Shown in pieces: positions 45,452 through 54,665 of a stretch of 64,000 bases of DNA. The stretch covers positions 140,015 to 204,014 of IMG/VR virus record IMGVR_UViG_3300023218_000040; one strand, written 5' to 3'. The stretch comes from a virus. Its lineage: Duplodnaviria; Caudoviricetes. Every line of letters begins with the position of its first letter. Position 1 is the stretch's first letter. The position numbers and the translations under genes are program-made. The notes beneath the pieces are model-generated. The model did not search any database. It worked only from the letters and a program-made list of their open reading frames with translations, and was not told the origin of the DNA.

Positions 45452-46663
45452 ATGGCCACATTTTCAGTTCCAGTCGTCCGTATCGACGCCATCGAGGACC
45501 ATCCCAATGCCGACGCCTTGGAGATCGCCAAGGTGCGTGACTTCGATTGCATCACCCGCATCGGTGAGTACAAGGCTGGTGATATCGCTGTGTACATCCC
45601 CGAGGCTGCGGTCATGCCCGAGTGGCTGCTGAAGCGCATGGGTCTGTGGGATGAGGAGAAAGGCAAAGGCAAGCTGGCAGGCAAAGAAGGCAATCGTGTC
45701 AAGGCTGTCAAGCTGCGTGGCGTCGTGAGTCAGGGTCTGTTGTACCCGGTGTCTTGGGATGACCCAGATCTGTCTCAGGGAGAGACTGTCGGTCTGCCTC
45801 GTGTCGATCTGAGCGACGGCGAAAGCTACCTGCTGTATGACTGGAACGACGTGGACATCGAGACCATCAAGTCTCGTTGCATCGACGTGGACGTGGGAGA
45901 CGTGCTTGGCATCACCAAGTGGGAGCCTCCCATTCCGACGCACATGGCTGGTGAGGTCTGCAACATCTTCGGCCACACTCTGAAGTTCGACATCGAGAAC
46001 ATCCAGAAGCACAACGAGGTTCTGGTTTCGGGCGAGGAGGTCGTGATCACCGAGAAGCTTCACGGCACCTGGACGTGCTTTGGCTTCGATCCGGACCTGG
46101 ATCACGAGGAACTTCTTCACGGTGGCACCATCATCAACTCTAAGGGTCTGAGCGAGCAGGGTTTGGCATTCAAGTGGAACGACGCCAATGACAAGAACCT
46201 GTACGTTCGGATGTTCAAGCAGTACATGCTGGATACTGGTAGATGGAACAAGGTGATGGACATGGCCGTTCGTCGTGGCGAGCCCGTGTTCATCCTGGGT
46301 GAGACCTTCGGTCCTGGTGTACAAGATCTGCACTACGGTCTGAAGGAGAAGAGTTTTCTGGTGTTCGGCATCTACGTCGGCAAGCCGGGTCAGGGTCAAT
46401 ACCTCGATCACGTGGAGTTCAAGCAGACGTGCTCCTGGCTAGAGGTTTCCACGGTACCGGTCCTGTACCATGGTCCGTTCAGCATGGATACTGCCAAGAG
46501 CTTTCGTGACGGAAAGGATACCATCACCGGAGCCAACATTCGGGAGGGTATCGTGATTACTCCGGTTAAAGAACGAAACGATTTCGTGCTGGGTCGGGTG
46601 ACTCTCAAGATGATCAGCCCGGACTACCTGCTGCGGAAGGGCAATGCCACGGAATTCAACTGA
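45452..46663 (+). CDS. RNA ligase, DRB0094/Rnl2-like family with N-terminal OB-like domain
   Basis: HPNADALE, VYIPEAAV, VKAVKLRGVVSQGL, TEKLHGT, GETFG, REGIV, LK.ISPDYL. Confidence 0.88.
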   Translation: MATFSVPVVRIDAIEDHPNADALEIAKVRDFDCITRIGEYKAGDIAVYIPEAAVMPEWLLKRMGLWDEEKGKGKLAGKEGNRVKAVKLRGVVSQGLLYPVSWDDPDLSQGETVGLPRVDLSDGESYLLYDWNDVDIETIKSRCIDVDVGDVLGITKWEPPIPTHMAGEVCNIFGHTLKFDIENIQKHNEVLVSGEEVVITEKLHGTWTCFGFDPDLDHEELLHGGTIINSKGLSEQGLAFKWNDANDKNLYVRMFKQYMLDTGRWNKVMDMAVRRGEPVFILGETFGPGVQDLHYGLKEKSFLVFGIYVGKPGQGQYLDHVEFKQTCSWLEVSTVPVLYHGPFSMDTAKSFRDGKDTITGANIREGIVITPVKERNDFVLGRVTLKMISPDYLLRKGNATEFN

Positions 46664-46819
46664 AATGTGATGTGGTCACGTACATGATGGGGGTGTTCTG
46701 CGAACACCCCATCAGTTGAGGCAATGCTGGAGACACCGCATGATCGACCTACACACCGCTGCTATCGTTAACCTCAAGATGGTCGCTACCTGGGAGCCTC
46801 GTCCTCTCCCGGATGCGAA

Positions 46820-47002
46820 GTGAGCATCCTTATCCCGACCTTAGTGAGCCTGGGGTTCGGGATTTTCGGAATGATGCAACATCATCGAGGGGATTTCTAC
46901 TGGTTTCAGTGTGGGTGGATGTGGGTAGGGATCATTTCCATCATCGGAGCCGTCACGGGACTCGGTGTGTTTTGTGTCACAAAACTGATCGGAATCTCTT
47001 GA
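46820..47002 (+). CDS. Small membrane protein
   Basis: Two hydrophobic segments; GTG start. Confidence 0.45.
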   Translation: MSILIPTLVSLGFGIFGMMQHHRGDFYWFQCGWMWVGIISIIGAVTGLGVFCVTKLIGIS

Positions 47003-47368
47003 CGAGATTAGGGTACCTCTGTATACTACTTCCATCAGTTGAGGCAATCCCAGGAAATTCACATGACCGCATTCACGAAGTGGTTCGCAGAGAGGGTAAA
47101 TCGGATAGCGTAATGCGAAACAGCACAAAACGGTTCATGGTCACTTTCACGGTCGAAGGTGTCCCCGGTGATCCCATCACCCAAACCTTCATGGACTGGA
47201 TAGGGACCACCCGCAAGGATTTGAAATCCCGTCTCACGAGGCAGTACGGTGGGAGAAAGGTGACAATCATCGAATTCAAACAAACCCCGTGATTTAGGCC
47301 ACATTCCACGAGAAAGTTCTTGACGAATAAGTTGGAGTAGCGTATACTACTTCCATCAGTTGAGGCAA
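46999..47368 (+). promoter_or_regulatory. Two early promoters sharing a 26-nt -10/leader motif
   Basis: TTGACG-17-TATACTACTTCCATCAGTTGAGGCAA at 46999 and 47320. Confidence 0.8.
47113..47292 (+). CDS. Hypothetical early protein, coupled to a 16-aa uORF (47063-47113)
   Basis: TAATG overlap; the uORF carries the RBS. Confidence 0.5.
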   Translation: MRNSTKRFMVTFTVEGVPGDPITQTFMDWIGTTRKDLKSRLTRQYGGRKVTIIEFKQTP

Positions 47369-47385
47369 CCACCCCGGAGAGACAC

Positions 47386-47688
47386 ATGGCCAAGACCACC
47401 CCCGAGTTCGACACCGCCTTGGAAACCTTCCTGACCCGCTGCCGGGAGATCGTGGAGGCGAACGACGGCAAGCTGGTGCCCCAGCCCGGTCGCCGCTACA
47501 TCCGCATCGTCAAGAGGCAGCACGGTCAGGAGCACGGCAGCGCCTGGGCTTTCATCGACACTACCAACGGCGACGTGCTCAAGCCCGCCAGCTACAAGGC
47601 TCCCGCCAAGCATGCTCGTGGCAACATCTTCAACAACGACAACGGGCTCGGCTGCATGGGCAAGTACGGTGTGGCTTATCTGCGCTGA
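47386..47688 (+). CDS. Conserved phage hypothetical protein
   Basis: RYIRIV...SAWAFID..NGDVLKPASYKAPAKHARGNIF. Confidence 0.75.
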   Translation: MAKTTPEFDTALETFLTRCREIVEANDGKLVPQPGRRYIRIVKRQHGQEHGSAWAFIDTTNGDVLKPASYKAPAKHARGNIFNNDNGLGCMGKYGVAYLR

Positions 47689-47698
47689 GAAAAACATC

Positions 47699-48019
47699 AT
47701 GAAGCTCATCACCAAGGAAATCGAGAAGAAGCTGGAGAAGACCCCTATCGGAACGACCGATGGGATGGGCAAGGATGCACCGGTCATCGTCAAGTTCTTC
47801 GATCTCTACGGCGTCAGCAAGTGGTTGATCGTGGAGGCCGAGAAGCAAGAGGACGGCGACTGGCTCCTCTATGGTGCTGCCGATATCGGCCACGGCTACG
47901 AGTGGGGTTACACGATGCTTAGCGATCTTAAGAGCATCCGGAAATTCGGCAGGCCAGTTATCGAGCGTGAGTTGTACTGCCCGCCCAAGACTGTGAATGA
48001 GGAGTGGAAGGACGCATGA
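47699..48019 (+). CDS. DUF2958-like protein
   Basis: MKLITKEI..L...VKFF....W...E...G...G.GY.EWGY..L.DL..IERE.Y. Confidence 0.7.
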   Translation: MKLITKEIEKKLEKTPIGTTDGMGKDAPVIVKFFDLYGVSKWLIVEAEKQEDGDWLLYGAADIGHGYEWGYTMLSDLKSIRKFGRPVIERELYCPPKTVNEEWKDA

Positions 48020-48198
48020 CCGTCTACAAGTTCAAGGCTCTCCATGTACCGACTGGAACCGTCCACGAAAAAATGGGTGAGTTCCAGTCGGCCCTGGCTT
48101 TCTATCAAGCTCTGGAGGAATACAATAGACTGGCGGCGCTCCAGTCCTGTCGCCGGGAAGATCGAAGACTGTGGGTTTACTATTCTGACGGAAACTGA
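48016..48198 (+). CDS. Hypothetical early protein
   Basis: ATGA overlap. Confidence 0.55.
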   Translation: MTVYKFKALHVPTGTVHEKMGEFQSALAFYQALEEYNRLAALQSCRREDRRLWVYYSDGN

Positions 48199-48265
48199 TA
48201 CGTAGATCACAGACTTTCTGTACGAACTAATATATAATATCTTCATCAATTGAGGAGATACCACG

Positions 48266-48547
48266 ATGGGCCGAGTCACCACCCCGAAGTACCGTGCCGA
48301 GTTCCGCACCAACGCCAAGACCTACTTGACCCCAGCGTGTTGGAACTGCCGCACCATGGGTCGCCCCACGGCTGAGAACGCCGAGAAGTATCGGCAGCGT
48401 CTCAACGCAAGCTTCCAGCCGGGTGGCGTCAACGGACCACGCTATCCCGGAGATGTGATCGTCCACGTCAACCGAGTTCTCATCGTGAATCAGTTCACCA
48501 ATCAGGTCGTGGCCGAGGCCAACGCCCCCATGTTCGAGGTCGTCTGA
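48266..48547 (+). CDS. Hypothetical early protein
   Basis: RBS GAGGAG after TATAAT; codon bias. Confidence 0.65.
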   Translation: MGRVTTPKYRAEFRTNAKTYLTPACWNCRTMGRPTAENAEKYRQRLNASFQPGGVNGPRYPGDVIVHVNRVLIVNQFTNQVVAEANAPMFEVV

Positions 48548-48753
48548 GATGTTCAAGAACAACTATGAGCATCTTCAAAGATCAGTGGAAAGCACTCTCT
48601 GAATCTTCTTAATCTGTGAGTTGATCTTTCTATTCTCATTCAAATCATGATAATACTTACAAACTATGAACCATGCATCATTTTGTGTTCTTGACTAAAA
48701 CTATAGGTCTGGTAGGCTAGTTCTAACGTTAATCAGACTTGATGGGGGGCAAG

Positions 48754-49038
48754 ATGACCAATCAACAGGATTATGAGTCCGGTGTCGCAAGAATCGTAAG
48801 TGCTCTGCGCCATCGCAGCACTCTGGATTTGATGGCATACCGTGAGTCGCTTCGGAATCGTAAACTCTCCCATCCTCGGATGTTGCGGGAGACCGACGAG
48901 AAGCTCATCGTGCCCACCACCAAAATCTGGGATCTGAGCTGCCCGAGTTTCTACGAAATCGTCGGCACTCACGAACAGGCAATCAATCATCACATCGCCA
49001 CGAACTACGTGCTTCGTGAGCGTAACGTCAACACCTGA
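48754..49038 (+). CDS. Hypothetical protein
   Basis: RBS GGGGG; codon bias. Confidence 0.55.
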   Translation: MTNQQDYESGVARIVSALRHRSTLDLMAYRESLRNRKLSHPRMLRETDEKLIVPTTKIWDLSCPSFYEIVGTHEQAINHHIATNYVLRERNVNT

Positions 49039-49058
49039 GCACAAGGAAGATCATCACC

Positions 49059-49493
49059 ATGAAAGTTGTACAGAAAATGATTCTTCGAGTTCGTCTGGCC
49101 CTCAGCCCCAAGGCTCGCAAGCGATACAATGACCTTCAGGAGCAACTGGAGCGAGATCGTATTCTACTCAAAGCCACGAGAAACTGGGAGGAGAAGCAGC
49201 GAGTCATTGCCGAGGCCGGGGCGACCCATCTCGTGGAAGCGGGTGATGCACGCCTGATGGGTGACCGCATCCTCATGCACCGGGAGTGTCTTCCCCCAAA
49301 TCCGAAACATGACTTTCTGGCGGATACGCTGAGCAGCATTCATGTTTCCGACCTGGAAATGACGGAGGAGGAAGCTGTCTGGTTGTTACGTCATCATTCC
49401 GAGGCCAGGAACAACCGCCGGATGAAAACTCTTCAGCCCTCCGATATGGTATCCAAGGATGCCGATCCGTGGATGAAGTTTCACCTTCGATGA
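49059..49493 (+). CDS. Hypothetical protein
   Basis: RBS AAGGA. Confidence 0.6.
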   Translation: MKVVQKMILRVRLALSPKARKRYNDLQEQLERDRILLKATRNWEEKQRVIAEAGATHLVEAGDARLMGDRILMHRECLPPNPKHDFLADTLSSIHVSDLEMTEEEAVWLLRHHSEARNNRRMKTLQPSDMVSKDADPWMKFHLR

Positions 49494-49756
49494 AATACCA
49501 AACGGCAAGCGGACTTCAACTGGAGGATGCCTACATCGTGGGCATCCTCCAGTATTCCTTTCGTGCTGGTGGAGAAGCAGCGAAAATCATCAATGTAATG
49601 TATGCAACTCCTTTGAACATTAGCGGTCGTGCATGCTTCGTTGTTAGATTTGATGATGGTGCGGAAGAATACATTGCAGTAGAGGATTACGCACACTATC
49701 GAATTATTTCCGAGGAGGATTACAAGCAGGGTCATCTACCTCCTGTAACTGAGTAA
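49490..49756 (+). CDS. Hypothetical protein
   Basis: ATGA overlap. Confidence 0.55.
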   Translation: MKYQTASGLQLEDAYIVGILQYSFRAGGEAAKIINVMYATPLNISGRACFVVRFDDGAEEYIAVEDYAHYRIISEEDYKQGHLPPVTE

Positions 49757-49783
49757 ATATTTCAATACCACGAGAGTTTGTAG

Positions 49784-50518
49784 ATGCCTAAAGAGAAGCC
49801 AGATTATGGCACCATTGCTGCCAAGACAGCGATGTCACGCCGAGCAGTGTCTGTTCCTACCAGAGAACTCATCTCTGGTGGTCGTATTCCTCCGAATGCT
49901 ACAGTCCTACATCACGGTCGTGGTCGTGCAGATGATGATGCACAAGCTCTAGCTTCTGCTGCCGCAGCATACGCCGAATACGATCCAAATTACGCCCCTG
50001 ACCGTACAGTCTTCGATGATCGCTATGATGTGGTAATCAGCAACTATGTCCTTAACGTCCTTCCACCTGACATTCGCAAGAATGCCTGGGAAGATATCGC
50101 TCGTGCCACGGGTGGTACCGCCTACATCACAGTCCGCAGCACTGGAGACAAGAGCATCCGTGGTAAGAAGTACAAGGATGGCGTGATCACTTCTTCTAAA
50201 ACTTTTCAAAAGTCATACACTGCTGAAGCTCTAATACGTGAAGCCAAACGTTACTTCAATAGTGTTGAAGTGATCATGGGTAGAAAGGGAGGCATTTACT
50301 GGACAATCGCTGCATCAGGGTCTAAGTTAGCTGGTGACGGAGAGCCAAAACGACCGAAGGCAAAGCCTGCACCACGCAAGTCTGCATCAAAAACTAAAAA
50401 GCATGCAGCACCAAAAGCGAATAGAGTAACACCAAGAAAGGCTGTACAGCCAGAGGTAGATAATGACTTCGAATCAGAAATCACCGACATTAAGCGTCGT
50501 GCAGGAATCGATATCTGA
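49784..50518 (+). CDS. Class I SAM-dependent methyltransferase-like protein with basic C-terminal tail
   Basis: VLHHGRGRADD (motif I variant), YDPNY, YDVVISNYVLNV, TFQKSY; TAAATA late promoter upstream. Confidence 0.65.
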   Translation: MPKEKPDYGTIAAKTAMSRRAVSVPTRELISGGRIPPNATVLHHGRGRADDDAQALASAAAAYAEYDPNYAPDRTVFDDRYDVVISNYVLNVLPPDIRKNAWEDIARATGGTAYITVRSTGDKSIRGKKYKDGVITSSKTFQKSYTAEALIREAKRYFNSVEVIMGRKGGIYWTIAASGSKLAGDGEPKRPKAKPAPRKSASKTKKHAAPKANRVTPRKAVQPEVDNDFESEITDIKRRAGIDI

Positions 50519-50918
50519 TGTTTTTCCGCTGGAAAAGAAACTACCACCAGTCACAGTTGCCGTGACCCCAGACAGGGTAGATGCCTTCGGGTACATTAGC
50601 ACTGACCAGAATCCTCTCCACTTCGTTGAGTCTTTCGCAGCTAAAACCATGTTTGGCAAACGCATTGCTCATGGGATGCTGTCAGCTTCTTTCATCTCTG
50701 CAATTTTCGGTAACATCGAGGGTGCCGTGTATCTCAAGCAATCTCTGGAGTTCATGAAGCCGGTATACATTGGTGATATTATCACGGCAACCGCAATCGT
50801 TCAGGGATATGGAAAGAAGAAAGCCACCGTGGATTTCTTTACTGTATGCAAGAACAGCGATGGTGATGTTGTCATCAGGGGTGAAGCCCTCATTTGGTTT
50901 CCGTCCTTGACTTCTTAA
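50499..50918 (+). CDS. MaoC/PhaJ-like hot-dog-fold dehydratase (start uncertain)
   Basis: DQNPLH...FGKRIAHGML...YLKQSLEFMKPVYIGD. Confidence 0.85.
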   Translation: MQESISDVFPLEKKLPPVTVAVTPDRVDAFGYISTDQNPLHFVESFAAKTMFGKRIAHGMLSASFISAIFGNIEGAVYLKQSLEFMKPVYIGDIITATAIVQGYGKKKATVDFFTVCKNSDGDVVIRGEALIWFPSLTS

Positions 50919-50953
50919 TGTCCAGTTGCTATATATACATAGGAAGACTCTTG

Positions 50954-51028
50954 GGCCGGGTGGCAGAGTCTGGTTATGCGGTGGCCTGCAAAGCCATGTC
51001 AACGTCGGTTCAAATCCGACTCCGGCCT
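50954..51028 (+). tRNA. tRNA-Cys(GCA), CCA not encoded
   Basis: GTGGC-CTGCAAA-GCCAT, U73. Confidence 0.9.
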
Positions 51029-51032
51029 CAAA

Positions 51033-51194
51033 ATGGAATTAGTACTAGTCCTCGCCTTTTTCATATTTGTCGTTGTTCTAACGACTCTGTCCAATCGTCC
51101 TCGAAGAACAGAATCCAATCCCATTTATCACAAGAAGTTCTGGCGTGAAGTTAGGGAGGATGACGATTACTACCCTGGACCTATACCAATGTAA
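51033..51194 (+). CDS. Small membrane protein
   Basis: N-terminal TM helix. Confidence 0.45.
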   Translation: MELVLVLAFFIFVVVLTTLSNRPRRTESNPIYHKKFWREVREDDDYYPGPIPM

Positions 51195-51210
51195 GACCTA
51201 CATTGGTTGA

Positions 51211-51438
51211 ATGAAATCCTCATTCGAAATTACCTCCGAAGGAACCTTGCACGAGATCTTGTGTAATGGTAGAGTATCCTATCGATTCCGTGGCGATGAC
51301 GACGCTTACATGTTTATCATCACGAATAATGAGCCATCGGTCGATGGTACAGTCGTTGCTAAGTACAGAAAAGCCAAGATCCAGGTTATCATCGACTATG
51401 ACGATCAACATGCAGACTACGAAGGAATCGAAACATGA
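51211..51438 (+). CDS. Hypothetical protein
   Basis: Co-oriented ORF. Confidence 0.5.
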   Translation: MKSSFEITSEGTLHEILCNGRVSYRFRGDDDAYMFIITNNEPSVDGTVVAKYRKAKIQVIIDYDDQHADYEGIET

Positions 51439-51529
51439 ACATTCATCCTAGATTGGTAGCAGAACTCGCCCTACTAGTCGTGTGCATTCTTCTATGGGCA
51501 GGGGTTACCACACTGTAAGTAGTCTATAA

Positions 51530-51620
51530 GGAAAGGCTACCGGATTGGCGACCGGCGCTGCCTCGAAAGCAGTTTGAGCCAGCAATGGCTTTGTGGGTTC
51601 GAATCCCACCCCTTCCGCCA
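51530..51620 (+). tRNA. tRNA-Ser(CGA)
   Basis: GCTGC-CTCGAAA-GCAGT, long variable arm, G73, CCA; A5.C68 mismatch. Confidence 0.85.
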
Positions 51621-51706
51621 CTTCTTGACATTTACCCCGAGATCCCTAAATATAGTGTAAGACCAAGGGATAGACCTTTGGCAATCACAACATTGGAGGA
51701 TTTCCA

Positions 51707-52627
51707 ATGGCTACATTAATCTTAGCCCATTATTACGCTCCCATCGAAGTACAGCGTATCGCTGACCACACGGGCGATAGCCTGGAACTAGCCCGAGTAG
51801 CACAAGAAGAGAAAGCAGACCGCATTGTGTTTGCTGGTGTTCGCTTCATGGCTGAAACAGCTAAGGTGCTCAACCCGGAATCCGAAGTCATCCTACCAGA
51901 TTGGGGATCTACCTGTTCCTTGGTCGAACAGACCGATACCAACGATCTCCAGAGATGGAGGGATGAACATTCGGACCACACCCATGTGATGTACATCAAT
52001 TCCAGCGTAGCTCAGAAGGCTATGGCGGACTGGATCGTGACCTCACGTAACGTGGAACCAATTATTACAAGCTTACTCAACGAGGGTAAAAAGGTGATGT
52101 TTTCACCTGACCGAAACATGGGAGCATACTACAGACGTAAACTTGATATCGATATGCCTATCTGGTTTGCTGTCTGTGAGGTCCATGACCGATTTGATAT
52201 CGAGATGTTACAAGAACGATTCGAGCAACATCCAAATCGATTCTTGATTGCTCACCCAGAAAGTCCAATGGCTATCTTGGACGAGTCGGACTTCATCGCA
52301 TCCACCAAGGGCATGCTTGAATGGGTCAAAATGTATGATGGTCCATCCGATGCAACGATCTTTGTGGCAACGGAATACGAGCTTCTGGAAATCATGAAGG
52401 AAGAGCGTCCAGACCTGAAGATTTCCCAGGTACCAGAGTTCTTGGGATGTCGTTGTGTAAAGTGTCCGTACATGAAGCTCAACACGATGCAGAAGGTTCA
52501 GGATGCCATCAACGGAAAGTCTGGTGTTCCAATTGACTACATTACCGATGAGCAAGCAGAACGTGCGAGGACACCAATCGAAAGGATGGTGTCCTTTAAG
52601 GAGACTGTGCCAGTCATGGGTATCTAA
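51707..52627 (+). CDS. nadA: Quinolinate synthase
   Basis: ILAHYY, GDSL.LA, GVRFMAETAK.LNP, three Fe-S Cys (TCSL, CEVH, CPYM), AHPE, ST.GM. Confidence 0.93.
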   Translation: MATLILAHYYAPIEVQRIADHTGDSLELARVAQEEKADRIVFAGVRFMAETAKVLNPESEVILPDWGSTCSLVEQTDTNDLQRWRDEHSDHTHVMYINSSVAQKAMADWIVTSRNVEPIITSLLNEGKKVMFSPDRNMGAYYRRKLDIDMPIWFAVCEVHDRFDIEMLQERFEQHPNRFLIAHPESPMAILDESDFIASTKGMLEWVKMYDGPSDATIFVATEYELLEIMKEERPDLKISQVPEFLGCRCVKCPYMKLNTMQKVQDAINGKSGVPIDYITDEQAERARTPIERMVSFKETVPVMGI

Positions 52628-52635
52628 ATACATGC

Positions 52636-53529
52636 ATGAAATTAGCATCCAAGACCCGTCGCTTAATTGAATTGCTCCGTGACTGCGTTCGTGCAGAAGA
52701 TGGCACATGCAAGGATCTTGTGCAAACTCTGTCTCGACTTCCTGATTTTCAGGATTCGACAGTAACTTCCGGGTTCTTTGTAACACGTAACGGTCGAATT
52801 GAGGATGGTCATATCTGGCTAGTGATGCCAGATATGACCATCGTGGACCCGTGGCAGGATGCCTTTGGTGAAGAAGGGTTTGGTGATGTAGTTTCTGCAT
52901 CGGAGAAAGACCCCAAGGCTCAACACTATTTTCCGTATACCGGTGAGCCCGGTATTCCTATGGAAGTGCTGAACTCCGCTGACAAGGCACAAGCCCGTGT
53001 ACGTACTCAGAAGAACCGTAGAAGCTTCAGAGAGATGATTGAGGATACCGGTCCATCCATTGACCCCAACCCGTACAGAGACTCTTGGGAAAGCCTGGAT
53101 GACGTATTGGAGGATTGGGGTGGTCGCCCTGTTGGCGATCCGAACGCCCAACAGGCAGACACCATGCCAGACTACCTAACTGTAGGTGGTCACGAGGGAG
53201 TTCCGCAAGAGGAAGAGGATAAAGAGTTCAAGCCAGAGGAATTCGGTGAGCTTCTACATCGCATGGAACTTGACAATAACGGTTCCCCATCTGAGGTTGA
53301 CCACGTTGGTGAAGATCCAACGATGTTAAATATGGACGATTTGTCTGATACAATTGATGATGACGAGTTATCGCTATCCGATTTGGAGGATGATGACGAC
53401 TTGAAAGAAGTAGATCATCCGGAATTCATGCCGGGTGGCGAAGAGAGCCCAAGATACGATCCAGAGGTAGACCTTGGACGTGCTGGGCAACGTAATCCAA
53501 CCTACAACAGAGGACATCCAGAACCATGA
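52636..53529 (+). CDS. Hypothetical late protein with acidic C-terminus
   Basis: TAAATA just upstream; GHIW...IVDP motif. Confidence 0.6.
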   Translation: MKLASKTRRLIELLRDCVRAEDGTCKDLVQTLSRLPDFQDSTVTSGFFVTRNGRIEDGHIWLVMPDMTIVDPWQDAFGEEGFGDVVSASEKDPKAQHYFPYTGEPGIPMEVLNSADKAQARVRTQKNRRSFREMIEDTGPSIDPNPYRDSWESLDDVLEDWGGRPVGDPNAQQADTMPDYLTVGGHEGVPQEEEDKEFKPEEFGELLHRMELDNNGSPSEVDHVGEDPTMLNMDDLSDTIDDDELSLSDLEDDDDLKEVDHPEFMPGGEESPRYDPEVDLGRAGQRNPTYNRGHPEP

Positions 53530-53591
53530 TACGAAAGACTAGTTAGGCTACCACTCTTCGGGGCGGTAGCCGCCAACAAAGGAGAAGTATC

Positions 53592-53849
53592 ATGCGTCGA
53601 GCATCTCTCGAACGTGCCCGTGCGCTCCGCACATGGCGTGAACATAATCATATCATACATGGAAACGAGGATACTGGTTGCGTCTGCGAACAGCAGCCTA
53701 ATCGGTTTCGTAAGGGTCAAAAACGTGGAGGCTGTGGTAAGCCCCGCTGCTATATATGCCATGGCGAAAAACTACTCGGGATTCCTACCCATAAGGATCG
53801 TATCGCTGATGAAATTTTCTCATATGAACTTGAGGAAATCTCACGGTAA
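53592..53849 (+). CDS. Small basic Cys/His-rich protein
   Basis: RBS AAGGAG; C.C...CGKPRCYICH. Confidence 0.6.
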   Translation: MRRASLERARALRTWREHNHIIHGNEDTGCVCEQQPNRFRKGQKRGGCGKPRCYICHGEKLLGIPTHKDRIADEIFSYELEEISR

Positions 53850-53930
53850 AATCACTGTAATACAGGTATCCTTGACGAATGGTGCAGTGCAATATATATT
53901 GCGGTAATCTAAACAATCGAGGTAATAGAA

Positions 53931-54062
53931 ATGACTAGTATTGCACAAATCAAGGACGTGATTTTCATGAAGATCCTACCGCCAATTATTGCGTTGATCG
54001 TAATGATTGGTATGTTGGCTGGCATAATGTTTCTAAGCATCTTGCCTTACATGCCGAAGTAA
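53931..54062 (+). CDS. 43-aa single-TM protein (not in ORF track)
   Basis: RBS GAGG; hydrophobic core. Confidence 0.5.
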   Translation: MTSIAQIKDVIFMKILPPIIALIVMIGMLAGIMFLSILPYMPK

Positions 54063-54076
54063 GCTATATTAAGTAT

Positions 54077-54444
54077 GTGCAGGTATTCAAGCTATCGCTC
54101 GGCCCATTTTATTGGGAGAGAGGAAGTTCGGGACACCATAGTGCAGACCAGTGGGGAAATCCCACCCGGCGTAATGCTGAGGACAAGTGCCATAGAGACA
54201 GACAGCCGATGGCTCACCCTTCGGGTAGGTTGAGCACAGGCAATAGGTGGAACGGTGGTGTAAGAGACCACACGTAGCATGGCGACATGTTGCGGAAGCA
54301 AACTCTGGTCGGTGCAACTCCAGACAGCTCTGATGACTCGGCACGACGAGGGGCGGGTAGGGGGCGAAGAGGGGTGCTGAAAAGCATACCCCAAGATGAA
54401 TGATAGCTCTTGACAGAATCCCGGCTATAGATATCGTAAAGCAC
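54077..54444 (+). ncRNA. rnpB: RNase P RNA, bacterial type A
   Basis: P2 AGCTATC/GATAGCT, GAGGAAGTTCGGG, AGTGCCATAGAGA, CGATGGC, GGTAAGAG-like, AGATGAATGA, ACAGAATCCCGGCTATA. Confidence 0.92.
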
Positions 54445-54470
54445 CTTTAACTACTATAAGACAACATCAT

Positions 54471-54665
54471 ATGAAACTTCTAAGCGACAAGGAACTCAAC
54501 ATCATCCGTGGCAAGGCATCAGTGGGTCATGCCACTACCGATGAAATCATGAGTGTTTTTGGACACCTGGATGCTTTGGAAATGAAACTGGACGAATACG
54601 AGATGGAGGATATCTTCGGCACTGAAGGATGGCGTCATTCATTCGGGCATCCGGATTCGGACTGA
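54471..54665 (+). CDS. Hypothetical protein
   Basis: LSD.EL..IRGK...FG.EGWR. Confidence 0.6.
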   Translation: MKLLSDKELNIIRGKASVGHATTDEIMSVFGHLDALEMKLDEYEMEDIFGTEGWRHSFGHPDSD

